This document shows, piece after piece, positions 23,457 through 34,544 of a stretch of DNA of 34,833 bases (positions are counted from its first letter, which is position 1; each line of letters begins with the position of its first letter). A program made the translations under genes and the position numbers. This stretch comes from Octopus bimaculoides (Eukaryota): positions 18,551,275 through 18,586,107 of the forward strand of contig NC_069008.1 of NCBI RefSeq assembly GCF_001194135.2, written 5' to 3'. The notes beneath the pieces are model-generated. The model did no database searches and had not been told where the DNA came from. It was given only the letters and a program-made list of their open reading frames with translations.

Positions 23457-24589
23457 TATGTAGCTTTTTGAAGTCATGCTATGATTGGTTTGTATAAATA
23501 AGAGGATAATAATTGTTTGTAAGGAGACTCGATTTCTATAGAAAACCTGTAGAGATAACTTAAAAAGTGAAATACGAGAGGTAGAACAGTGTGCAACAGC
23601 GATTAAAATATAGGAGTGTGCAGTTATATTCAATGTATTGGTGTGCATTCAAATGTGGAATGACCTCCATTGTGTGTAGTGTCTCAGGAGAGAAAACATC
23701 CTAAACTGGGCCAAGAGTGACCGAAGGACACGTTTTTTTTTTTGTGTCATTAATCTTCATTAGGTGTAAACAGTGAATCCATCAGAAAGCGAGGTTCTTG
23801 GATTTGCAAAGTAAATGATTAATTTACAGCAGGAAAGGAAAGATGTCTGCTAGAAAGAGAGGATTGCTGGCATCGATAACATTGGTTGGAGAAAATACAA
23901 GGGGGGGGTCATATAGAAACATGCTGCTACTTTGTGTTTATTTTTGTACTTAATATGCACACATATATATTGTCTGTAGTATTTATCGCAATATACACAC
24001 ACGCATACTGTAGTATTTATTATATACACACACTATATATAGCAGTTATGTAATATAGTAACATGAGGTGTCAGTTGTGCTGATTATTCAATAAATAATG
24101 AATGTGCATCCAATTATAAACACTGTTGACCATGTGACAGTAACATGTACACTCGCTAACTGACTAAATCTTTTTCCAGGTATTCCCCCCCGCACCTCAA
24201 AAAGAAAAATACTATTGGAATTACAATAAAAGCCTTGATTTTGCCCTCCTCTCACGTGATTGTGCTAACTGTTGTCGTGTTTATTTTGCTGAACCGGTTC
24301 CTCCTTGAACTAAATCAATAAACTGGAATACACAACCTATCCATATGTATATCTCTATCTACTTCATTTATATACATGTTTGCATATACATGTATATATG
24401 AATGGAAAGACAGAAACTTCGAAGGCAAGGACAATACGCGACTTTGTTGGAGCAGTCCTTCCCGCTAGCAAATTAATTAGAATTTGGAAATTTGCAAGAT
24501 TTATAGATACTAAGCTTGACTTTGAAGGTGATACCTCTATCAGACCACACACGATTTTCAAGTCTTCGAAATGCTTTGTTGTCTTTTTC

Positions 24590-24790
24590 AATTCTCAGAC
24601 TTGCCTAAGGAGGATACCAGACATCAAATGGAAGTCTTTAACACCAGATACCATTGTTCTTCAGCAAGCTAACACATCCAGTATTGAAATGATCCTCATA
24701 CACAATCACATGTGTTGGGGTGGGCATCTTGCTAGGATGACAGGTTGCTAAAGCAGTTGTTTAACAGGGAGTTGCAACGTGGCAAGCATC
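24590..24790 (+). mobile_element. RTE/BovB-like LINE C-terminal ORF fragment
   Basis: TCLRRIPDIKWKSLTPDTIVLQQANTSSIEMILIHNHMCWGGHLARM, then LLKQLFNRELQRGK after a frameshift. Confidence 0.8.
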
Positions 24791-25730
24791 CATGCCATTC
24801 TGTAACAACTTTAGCTGTGTGAATTGCTGCATTCTCATCCTGAAAGATTGTTTCCCTCCACAACAATTCCACAACCATAGGATGAATTTGATCAGATAAA
24901 ATGCTTAAATAATCTTCACTATTAATTCTGCCATGAAGGGAAACCATTGGTCCAGTGGATTTCCAAGATATAACCCCTCAGATCATCACAGATCCTCTTC
25001 CATGTTTAACAGTTGGAAGAAAGCAGTCTGGGTCAAATACTTCTTTGGGCTGTCTCCCTACGTATACTCAGCCTGTGGTCAGAAATAAGGTAAAGGATGA
25101 CTCGTCTGAGAAAATAACAATCTTCCACTGCTCTAGGGACCAATTCTTTAGGTTTTTACTCCACTCTAAACGCTTTGCAATGTTTGTTTTTGAAAGTTGT
25201 GGTTTTCTGATTGCAGCCCTCCTGTGAAATCCGGCAGCTCCTGGCGAACAGTTTTTGTGGAAACTGGGTTCTCAAGGTGGTCATTAAGCTCTGCAGTAAT
25301 TTTGGGAGCTGTACTTTTGTGATCCTTTCTAACAATTTGTATAAGAGTCCGACGGTCGCTATCTGAAAGTTTTGGTTTTCTTCTGGAGTTTTCTTTCGAC
25401 GAGGTGGTTTTTCCCTGTTTCTCAAAGGCTGTCATTACCTTTGAGACAGTACTTCGTGATACATCAAACATTTCGGCTGTTTTCGTTACGCTAGCATCTG
25501 CCATACGAGCACCAACAAATTGACCTCTTTGAAAGTCCGATAAATCTGTCATTTTAATGACTTTTAAATACCTTTTTCTGATGATATCTGATAAGAAACA
25601 GCAATTTTAGCAAAACATATTAAGCAACACATAATAAATCAAAAAACAAAAATAAACAAGCTTTTGACGGTTTTATAGATATTTCAAAATTATGATGCTT
25701 GGGGGTTTCCATTATTTTGTCCAGCCCCTG
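24791..25730 (-). mobile_element. Tc1-family transposon, 3'-truncated
   Basis: TA|CAGGGGCTGGACAAAATAATGGAAAC TIR; paired-like HTH (MTDLSDFQRGQFVGARMADASV...), FSDESSF and FQDENAAIHTAK motifs. Truncated before the third catalytic residue; has frameshifts and stops. Confidence 0.93.
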
Positions 25731-26077
25731 TATATATGGTGATTTATTCTCCATGTTGTGCGAATGATGTATCACTCAAGGTGGCACTGAAAGGGATACG
25801 TATATTCTCTCTCTCACACCCACACATACTCACACTTAGATACAAGGTCAATCTAAAATTGTTGAGTAATTATAATTTTGTGTAATTTCAGTTCTAAAAA
25901 TATGAAACAATTAATCTGTAAAAAAAAAGATAGATTCACTGCAGAGATTGTTAATTAGCATTTAGTTTGTCCTCGTTAATGAAATACACAAACGTGGATG
26001 GAATTGTGGAGGTCAGGAAATTGAGTTAACAATGGATGTGGTACATTAGGCAAATGCCTTCTGCGAAAGCCCTAGCT

Positions 26078-26415
26078 TGAGCCAAGTCTTGTGAGTGGAT
26101 TTGGCTGATGGAAACTAAAAGAAGCCCATCATGTGTTTCCACACATACACACCCATATGTCTATCTGTATGTATGTATACAGCGTCAAACTAATACACAT
26201 GCTTGTTGTTTATACACCTGTCTTCATCTTTTCTTTTTCTGTAAATTTCAACTATATATATATATATATATATGTGTATATATATATATATGTGCAAAGG
26301 TGTGTGTGTGTGTGTCCTTCACCACTGTTTGACAACCAGTGTTGGTGTGTTTCTGGCCCCGTAACTCAGTGGTTTAACCAAAGAGACTGACACCAGGCTT
26401 TGAAAAAAGTACTGG
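26078..26415 (+). mobile_element. Family C SINE-like element with internal microsatellite expansion
   Basis: CTTGTGAGTGGATTTGG..GATGGAAACTAAAAGAAGCCC, then ~170 nt of TA/TG-rich spacer, then CACTGTTTGACAACC...CCCCGTAACT. Confidence 0.7.
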
Positions 26416-26420
26416 GATCA

Positions 26421-26875
26421 ATTCATCATCATCATTTAACGTCCATTTTCCATGCTGGCATGGGTTGGACGGATTGGCAGGAGCTGCCCATGTTCCAGTC
26501 GTGTGTTTTGCCATGGTTTCTACAGCTGGATGCCCTTCCTAATGCCAACCACTTTACAGAGTGTGGACTGGGTGTGTTTATGGAGTACCAGCATGGGTGC
26601 ATTTATACAGCACTGCTACAGGTGCTTTTTGCATGGCACCAGTACCCACGAGATGAGCAATACCCAGCTGGTGAGGGATGCAGGGAACAAGCCCATATGC
26701 AAGGCCAAGCATGCTTTTACTTAACTTGATGTGTCTTTTCAAACTGCCAGGAGCCTTGGTCCCCCCCCCCCCGTGGAAGTTCCAATGTCTGTAGATCCTT
26801 TCTCACCACTTCGTCCTACGTCTTCCTGGGTTTATCCCTTCTACATGTTCCCTCTACTATTAGCAGTTGGTACCT
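26421..26875 (-). mobile_element. RTE LINE 3' end: ORF terminus, 3'UTR and family A tail
   Basis: Minus strand QLLIVEGTCRRDKPRKT*DEVVRKDLQTL...FEKTHQVK*, continuing into GTGGTTGGCATTAGGAAGGGCATCCAGCTGTAGAAACC...GTTAAA(TGA)n. Confidence 0.8.
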
Positions 26876-27659
26876 TCAAAATAAGAAGTTTTCAATGAGT
26901 TACCCCAGCATGGCCACAGTTTAATGATTGAAGTAAGTAAAAGATTACTTGGTTATGAGACAAAGCTGATGACAACAACAGAAAATATACACACAAGCAA
27001 AGTGTTGATGTATGTAATATACACACACACATGTATATGTAATATATACACAAACATGCATATAATATAGATATACATTATATATGTATATATAATAGAT
27101 ATGTACACACACTCATGTACATATATACAATGTGTGGATATATTTAATATGTGCAATCTTACACACACACACTATAAATAGTTGTTGTACATTATCACAT
27201 GTCAAATACACTCCTATATATATATATATATACTGTTACATACCAATGTACATCTCATATACACACAACACATATTCATCGTACACACCCCTGTCTCAGG
27301 ATGTTCATTAGCCATGGCCGTAGAAGCGAGCTCCCCCCCCCCCCCCNNNNNNNNNNNNNNNNNNNNNNGCCGTACCACTACGATGGGGGTCCCCAGCTAA
27401 AACAAAATTAAATCCTTTCGCGTCTTAAACACAATTCATGTGAAACTACTCACTGCGTAACAAACATATTTCATTTGTACTTTTAATTTGATGTGGCCTA
27501 ATTAAAACGAGCAACGAAGGCTTGGCTCATCCTGTTTCAACGTTTGCAACAAAGTCGTTATTCACTGCTGTTGGATGGCCATAACTGGCTTCAGTCATGA
27601 CAAGGGACTGGCTCTATTGAAACCCCTTGCTTCTAACACATCTCTTGCATTTACGAGCA

Positions 27660-27940
27660 GACCTTACATCAAGGATATTCCATCCATGACCATCCCATCT
27701 TATATTCAGACATAGTGTCTCTGGGACTACATTATCTAATGTATCCTTCCTTATTGTCGCTTAGTCCCAGGTCAGTCCTGATTCTACAGACTTATGATCC
27801 ACGATGTTCCAGCCATGGCCATCCCACCTTGTATTCAGACATAGTGTATCTGGGACTACATTATCTAATGTATCCTTTGTTTCAAGATTAAAAGGTGTGA
27901 GCTGAAGGAGGTTTGGCTGTTATTTTTAGCAAGTTGAATG
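27660..27940 (-). mobile_element. Family E repeat with a duplicated 64-bp block
   Basis: 27685-27748 and 27814-27877 are 60/64 identical; followed by GTTTGGCTGTTATTTTTAGCAAG. Confidence 0.75.
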
Positions 27941-28204
27941 ACCTTATAAGTGCTACTTCGTTAACTTGTTGCTACTAATTAATGCATAAGCTTTATTGCT
28001 GTTGCTGTGAGGACTGCCACAGATTGGAGACAAGTTTGTAGGTCGTTAATGACAACGAAAGGCCTTCATTAGTGACGAGAAATATTGTAATATTTATTAG
28101 ATATTTAGGTGGAATTCTGCTTTCCCTATACAAAACATCCCTAAATATTTCTTACTGACAAACCCCACCATTTGTTTCATCTCAGACACTAATTTAATAA
28201 AGAT

Positions 28205-28440
28205 GTTGTGGCCATTGCCAGTACTGCCTGACTGGCCCTTGTGTCGATGGCACGTAAAAGCACCCACTACACTCTCGGAGTGGTTGGCATTAGGAAGGGC
28301 ATCCAGCTGTAGAAACTCTGCCAGATCAGATTGGAGCCTGGTGCAGCCATCTGGTTCACCAGTATCCAGTCAAATCGTCCAACCCATGCCAGCATGGAAA
28401 GCGGACGTTAAACGATGATGATGATGATGATGATGATGAT
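28205..28440 (+). mobile_element. Family A repeat, long well-preserved copy
   Basis: Both conserved blocks plus long (GAT)n tail; very similar to 4641-4790. Confidence 0.85.
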
Positions 28441-28879
28441 GTCACTTTCCTAATTAACTTTGCTGTACTCCTGTCTATCTTGACCTTATCTTATTGAAAA
28501 TTTAAAAAATGCAATATTCAAATTTAATTTTTATTTGAAGACATGACGATGGAAATGATAGTAAAATAATTAAATAATAATAATAAAAATATTTAATAAT
28601 GATAGTGAGTGTTCGATGATGTGTTTTTAGTTGAATTAATTTCATCATCAGATTTAATGTATAACAGTGCATGTATGAGACTGTGTGGGAGGGGGACTTC
28701 TCTGATGACTGATACGATGTGGTTTAATTAAAATTTTATCTAATTTTTCTACCCTACATCAATATTATACACACCACACATATAGTCCTCTATGTATATA
28801 TACACTGGCACACACTCTCACACATCTTATATTTATACACACTGTAATAAACTAAACACAGTTACTGATTTGGTCACAC

Positions 28880-29090
28880 AATCATCATCATCATCATCAT
28901 CTTCGTCATCATTTGATGTCCGTTTTCCATGCTGGTATGGGTTGGACAGTTTGACAGGAGGTGGCAAGGCCAGGAGCCAGACCAGCTTCTCTTATCTACT
29001 TTGGCTTTGTTTCTACAGCTGGATGCTCTTCCTAACACGCCAACCACTTTACAGAGAGGACTGGGTGCTTTTTGTGTGGCACCAGCACCG
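28880..29090 (-). mobile_element. Family A repeat
   Basis: (CAT)n...TTTTCCATGCTGGTATGGGTTGGACAG...TTTCTACAGCTGGATGCTCTTCCTAAC. Confidence 0.85.
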
Positions 29091-29613
29091 ACAGGGTCAC
29101 CAAGTACTTTGCATCAGAAAAATCTCTCGGCGGTGGGGGGGGGGGGCTTTGTGCCAGTTGAGATTCAAGGTATAGAGGGGGTGGATATAAGTATCTTGTA
29201 GATACATGGATACCCCAGGTGGGAAACAAAGGTGAGAGGGAGCAGTTGGTGGGTATATGTTGAACAAGACTGATATAGCCTCCCTCAGTATGTGACCCCT
29301 GTGAGGCCCTGAGGCCCTGTATATCTTCCCATAGTTGTCTGAGGGATATGGAGGGAAGGGAGTGGTTAGCCTGTTGGATTCTCCCTGGGTGTTGCTTCTG
29401 TCACTATTTAATATACAGATAGTTCAATGATGGAGTATGTGGGTTCAAGTCTCAGACAGGAGATTTTAGTAGGCTGTTCCATTATAGTTTAGTAAAGGGG
29501 TGTGAAGGTTCAGTTGACAGTTGCTATATATAGATCCTACCTCAGACATGTTATCTTTGTTGACCACCAATTTGCCACCATATCTTATCTCAGTCACCAC
29601 CACCTTTCCTTGA

Positions 29614-29647
<34 letters not shown>

Positions 29648-29988
29648 GGTTGTTGTTGTTGTTGTTGCTTACACTGATTAAAACACAAATGATTGAACAA
29701 CAGAAATATTTCTACAAATATTTTTGTCGGTTTCACTTTTCTTTCTATTTTTGATATTTTTATCAAGAGTGATGGTGGGAGAATTAGTCTAGCTTTGTCA
29801 CTTGGCGCAAACTGTCTCTCTCTCTCTCTCTCTCTGTCTGTACAGGTGTGTGTGTGTGTGTGTGTGTCGCTATAAAATAGTCGATATGTGTTTGTATATA
29901 ATTAGAGAAGTTATGTGTCTCGCTCTCTCTCCCTCTGTATGTATGTATGTATGTATGTATATATATATGGGAGAATATACAAAAAATA

Positions 29989-30282
29989 ACAACAGACGAG
30001 GACAGGTGGTGTAAATAACAAAAGTATATATTAGTATGACGCTCGGGAATACGGAAAGTCTTTGACGTTTCGAGCTACGCTCTTCAACAGAAAGAATACG
30101 GAGACAAGGAGAAAAACACGGAGAAAAAAAATTGAATAGTGTTCAGTCAACACATATATATAACAAGAAAGGGAAACAACAATGCGAGGACGTGGACTAA
30201 GTACAGTGTTATTGGACGCTCAGGAAAGGAAAGAAAAGAAAGAGGATTTCACGTTTCGAGCGGAGCTCTTCATCAGAAATAT
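29989..30282 (-). ncRNA. Two tandem hammerhead-ribozyme-like motifs (Penelope/retrozyme type)
   Basis: Minus strand CTGATGA-A-GAGC-TCC-GCTC-GAAACGT (30276-30251) and CTGTTGA-A-GAGC-GTA-GCTC-GAAACGT (30090-30065), each followed by GAGCGTC; units ~186 nt apart. Confidence 0.7.
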
Positions 30283-30341
30283 AGAAAAAGTCCAAAGAAG
30301 GGGAGACGGAAAAAGAAAATTGCCAACGATATACACGTGGT

Positions 30342-30379
<38 letters not shown>

Positions 30380-32064
30380 GACGCACACACATTGTATGTA
30401 TTGTATATCAGAGAAAACAGATTTGAAGGAGACAGGTAGTGGTGGTCTCCGTCAGCAAATCTTGTATTATTTTGAAAAAAGGGACAAATTGTCTAAAATA
30501 ACTGCCAGAAGTTGAGTGTGTGGGTGAGTGGGTGGGTGGGGGTCTCCAGTGCTTTTGGCTGCTGTTTTTTATAGACCTAGCAACTGTGAAGAAGCTCTTT
30601 AATTAACTCAGGTGTGTGTGTGTGTGCGTGCTTATAAACAAGTTTATATTTTCCAGTTTTTAAGATTGCTGAAATGATCAAAGTCTGATATTTTTTTTTC
30701 TTTTCCATTACTGTTGTCGTACGGTGGAGCAACATGTGTATGAATTACTGCACTATCTTACCTGTAACCTTCACGACACAACACCTGTGATATGAAAGGG
30801 TTTGGCTCAGTGTGTAGGAGTGTGGGGGTAGACACCTATATGGTTTTAATTTCATTGACCCCTTGATTATTCCATACCTAGAATTTTAATTTAATTCATT
30901 TTGAAGATAATCAAGAATTTGGAGGGTTTAAGTTAATTTTCTTTTTCCCCCTTTATTATTAAGATGTGTTTGGAATCTAACAGCTTTCAAACCCTTTAGT
31001 AAGATGACACTCAAATCTGGTCGTTACTCCGAATCTTGAAATGTCCCTTCTCACTACGTGTTACATTAACCTTGTGAGGGCTTTTGGTAGAGGGCAAAGT
31101 GAAAGACCTGTCATTCACGTGTGTGTGTGTGTGTATGTATTTGTCTCCTGATGGTTGTAAACAAGCCTCACCTTCATACAAGGGGTGTTGCTCATTTTCA
31201 GTCTTCTGTGGTCAATAGAAGTAGTACCAGTAATTGACTGGAGTCCATTTAATCAGTGACACCCCCTGCCCCTGTAGAATTGAACCAACAACCATTCACC
31301 ATTTTGTTGTGCTTCTTAGGTTTCATCTAATTTCTGCCTAAGCCCTTTTTTTTTTAACCTTGTAATGTCTCCTCATTCATTACCAGCCCCCCCCCTCTGG
31401 TTGCCTTCCTCCCATTGAGGATCTGTTGCTAACTTTATTCTTTTTATTTTCTTCTCGTAATTCCTTCTGTTTTGTACTCCTTCCTGCCATCATCATCTGG
31501 TCAAGCTTACTCGCACTCGCAATCCATCTCAGTCCTTCAATAGTTGAGGAAGAACTTTGGAGTCGCATCCTGTGTCTCTGGTCAGTTAAGTTACACATGT
31601 TGTATTCGGACAACCTGCTCGAGTCCAGTCATGCTTTCACATCCATAGCTGTCGGTCACTTTTGCCAGCACTTCTCTGTCTCGCCAACACTCTTTCTTTT
31701 CCTAATATCTTCGGCACTTGTGGTCAAGAAATAAATTGTTGTTCTTGTTATTATCATTGTTCAACATTTGGTAGTTTCTACTACATGTCTGTGTCGCTGG
31801 GCTGCATGCAGCATTGTGTGTTCTTTTTTGTTGTTGGTGCAGTGCAAACCCATCTCACTATTGTATTGCATTAGTTTTTCTTTCTTTCTTTCTTTTTATA
31901 TATATATACGAGGTGTAGTGCAGTCTTTTGTTGTATTAATGTATATGTTGTGTATCCTGCCTGCTTGTAGTTTATTTCATTGGATAATTGCTGTACAGTG
32001 TGTCTTGTGTTTGTAGGTTGTTCTGTTTAGGTTGCATTATTGAATTGATAGTGTTTCATATACA

Positions 32065-32116
32065 ATGTTTGCCATAACAAGGCTCTTTTCGGAAATGTGT
32101 AATGTTGAGGATTCAG
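32065..32116 (+). CDS. Candidate short alternative first exon of PKA-C (MFAITRLFSEMCNVEDS + 1 nt)
   Basis: ATG with A at -3, 52 nt, phase-1 donor CAG|GTATAA, ~900 nt before exon 2; second in-frame ATG at 32095. Confidence 0.25.
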
Positions 32117-32227
32117 GTATAACTTCGATGTTTTTGTTCATCTGTTTTTTTTATCATGCCTAATGCTCCAATTATTACTGGTACCGTTTTCACCTGATTA
32201 TCATCATCATTATTATTATTGTTACTG

Positions 32228-32445
32228 AAGGTGGTGAGCTGGCAGGATCGTTAGCACACTGAATGAAATGCTAAGTGGTGTTTCACCTGTCACTACGTTC
32301 TGAATTCAAATTCTGCCGAGGTTGACTTTTCCTTTCATCCTTTCGGGGTTGATAAAATAAGTACCAGTTGAACCCTGGGGTCGATGTAATTGACTCATCC
32401 CCACCTCCCTCAAGCTGCCCTTGTGGCAAAAATTTGAAATAATTA
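32228..32445 (+). mobile_element. Family B tRNA-derived SINE
   Basis: Same head, B-box and central domain as 22229-22372; lies within (ATT)n sequence. Confidence 0.8.
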
Positions 32446-32963
32446 TTATATGTTTGACGTTTGCTTTATATCTGTACAAGTCTCCCCGAGAGACTTCAGG
32501 AGACAACAAGTTAGAAGTCCATGTTGGTGTCATGGCTAGGGTGCCATATGTTTGGTTTTGCACAAAGTATTGTTCTAGAAAATGTCCAAAGAAACATAAG
32601 AAAATTATAAGTTTGTTTTAAAATTTGGGATTACATAGACACAGTATTTTATGTAGGATATTTGCAATTCCTGTGAGAAATATTTTTTGAATTTCCGCCA
32701 TTTTTGGATTTCCTGGTTTATGAGCTACATAACAATCAATAATAATAATAACAACAGTGTGATTTCAACTAATAGGTAGCCATTTATTTAATCTGACTGG
32801 CTATTACCAGTTTCCCCCTCCTATGGGGGAGTTTTTGTTTTATTTTGTTGTTTTTATTTTACCTGTCCCAGGTAAATCCCATCCCTTACACCATATTTGG
32901 TATTTTTGTATTGCCTTTGTTTTTCTCTGAACCCTTGTGGCTATTAACGAAACTATTATTATT

Positions 32964-33005
<42 letters not shown>

Positions 33006-33011
33006 TTTCAG

Positions 33012-33073
33012 TTAAGGAATTTCTGGCCAAAGCCAAGGAGGAATTTCAGCAGAAATGGGATCACCCGTCACAT
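33012..33073 (+). CDS. PRKACA: PKA catalytic subunit, coding exon 2 ([V][20 protein letters not shown])
   Basis: Acceptor TTTTTCAG|, 62 nt as in PRKACA exon 2, donor CAT|GTAAGT. Exon-1 G plus TT forms Val; 46+62=108 nt keeps frame. Matches the A-helix [17 protein letters not shown]. Confidence 0.97.
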
Positions 33074-33548
33074 GTAAGTCAAGACCATTCCCATTATAAG
33101 AATTCTATTTAATTCCCACCTCTCTCCCATGTTACTGTGTCACTGTCTGTCTGTGTGTTCCTTCTACAGACCCCTACCAATACAGAAATTCTTTTTCCTC
33201 ATTATCTTTCTGTGTGTCCACCACTACCATCATGATGATGATGGTGCTCACCCTATGTATCATCATCACCATCATTTAACATTTGCTTCTTGGATTGGTA
33301 TGGCATGGACAGATTGTCTTTGTTAGTTCTTATTGGGGATTACTGCCCTCATTGACTGGTGTTCCTCTCTGTCAATTTGACTGGGTTTGCAATGGTCGTT
33401 GACCTTTCTATCCCTTCGATGTACTTTACTGTGGCACCAACATTCAAGAGGATTCTTCCCAATTTCCTTTTCCATGTTCTTTCTTTATTAATTGGTGTTT
33501 TCTCATTAACATTAACTATATATACCAACCTTCTGCATACACCAACCT

Positions 33549-33600
<52 letters not shown>

Positions 33601-34544
33601 CATACTAACCTACCTGTTTTATCTCTTATATCTGCTTGTGCGTTTATGTACACTAACACACCTGTGCTGTTTATGTATGCATGTTCTGATGATAAACAGG
33701 TTTAATTCTAAAGCTTTGTTGAAAATGATATTAAGATAAATTGTAAACTACTTTTACTTTTTGAATTGCAGCATTTTAACATTTGACAAAAGAATGAAAT
33801 TTATGAATTGTGCACATACCTACAATAGTTTCTATTGAAAAATCATGAGTATATGTGTGTGTGTGTGTACACATATTTGCGCATCTAGTAATAAGACAAA
33901 TAATAGTTAGAAGGTCGACCAGCTAGTAGATAATCAATAAATAAAAATGTCACCAGTGAGGGTCCAGAAGTCAGTGGATTGGTCGTCACCTATTTAATGG
34001 GGACCATTATGATTTGTATGACGTGAATGTGGAAACAAATATCAGAAGTCAATGTTGTAAATAAAATATAAATGATTTATTTCTTTCGTGTAACTCACAC
34101 GTGCTGCTGTAAAAAGACTACCATTTAGGTTGGTATGTAAAAGTGTGTGTAATGTAATGAGAAAATAAGAAATGTCTAGAGAGACATGAATGAATTTCCC
34201 ATGACTCAATTTGTATTTCACTGGAGACTTAAATGCTGCAGAATAAAAATAGATGTAAGTGAAGCGAGTTGCACAGCATTGGCCATGAATGCTGTAATGA
34301 TCTCATAGCGAAGAGGTTGCAGATCTGCAACTAATTAAGTTGGTGGTGAACACAGAAGAGGTGCCACAGAAAGTCTTGTTGCTTCCTTGACGTCAAAACT
34401 GTAACTACTTTAGCTCTTTTACTCCTGGGTAGAAGTTGCCTCATGTATCCAATAGTAAATGGATGAAATGGGCATAGCACGACTGTGCTACACCACCACG
34501 ACAAAATAGTGATTTCATGCCTCACTACACTTATCTACACAACA

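Noticed and set aside
29180-29520. Possible decayed LINE fragment (minus strand ASGP...LFN)
   Set aside because: Resemblance too weak to support.
30396-30435. Phase-1 mini-frame MYCISEKTDLKET with donor CAG|GTAGTG
   Set aside because: Starts in microsatellite-derived sequence with a weak donor; kept only as a measure of chance background.
31426-31734. 102-aa hydrophobic ORF
   Set aside because: No recognisable domain; hydrophobicity follows from T-richness, and it cannot join exon 2.
34316-34331. Perfect 16-bp palindrome GTTGCAGATCTGCAAC and a nearby 8-bp inverted repeat (34273-34295)
   Set aside because: About one such palindrome is expected by chance in a window this size; no other support.
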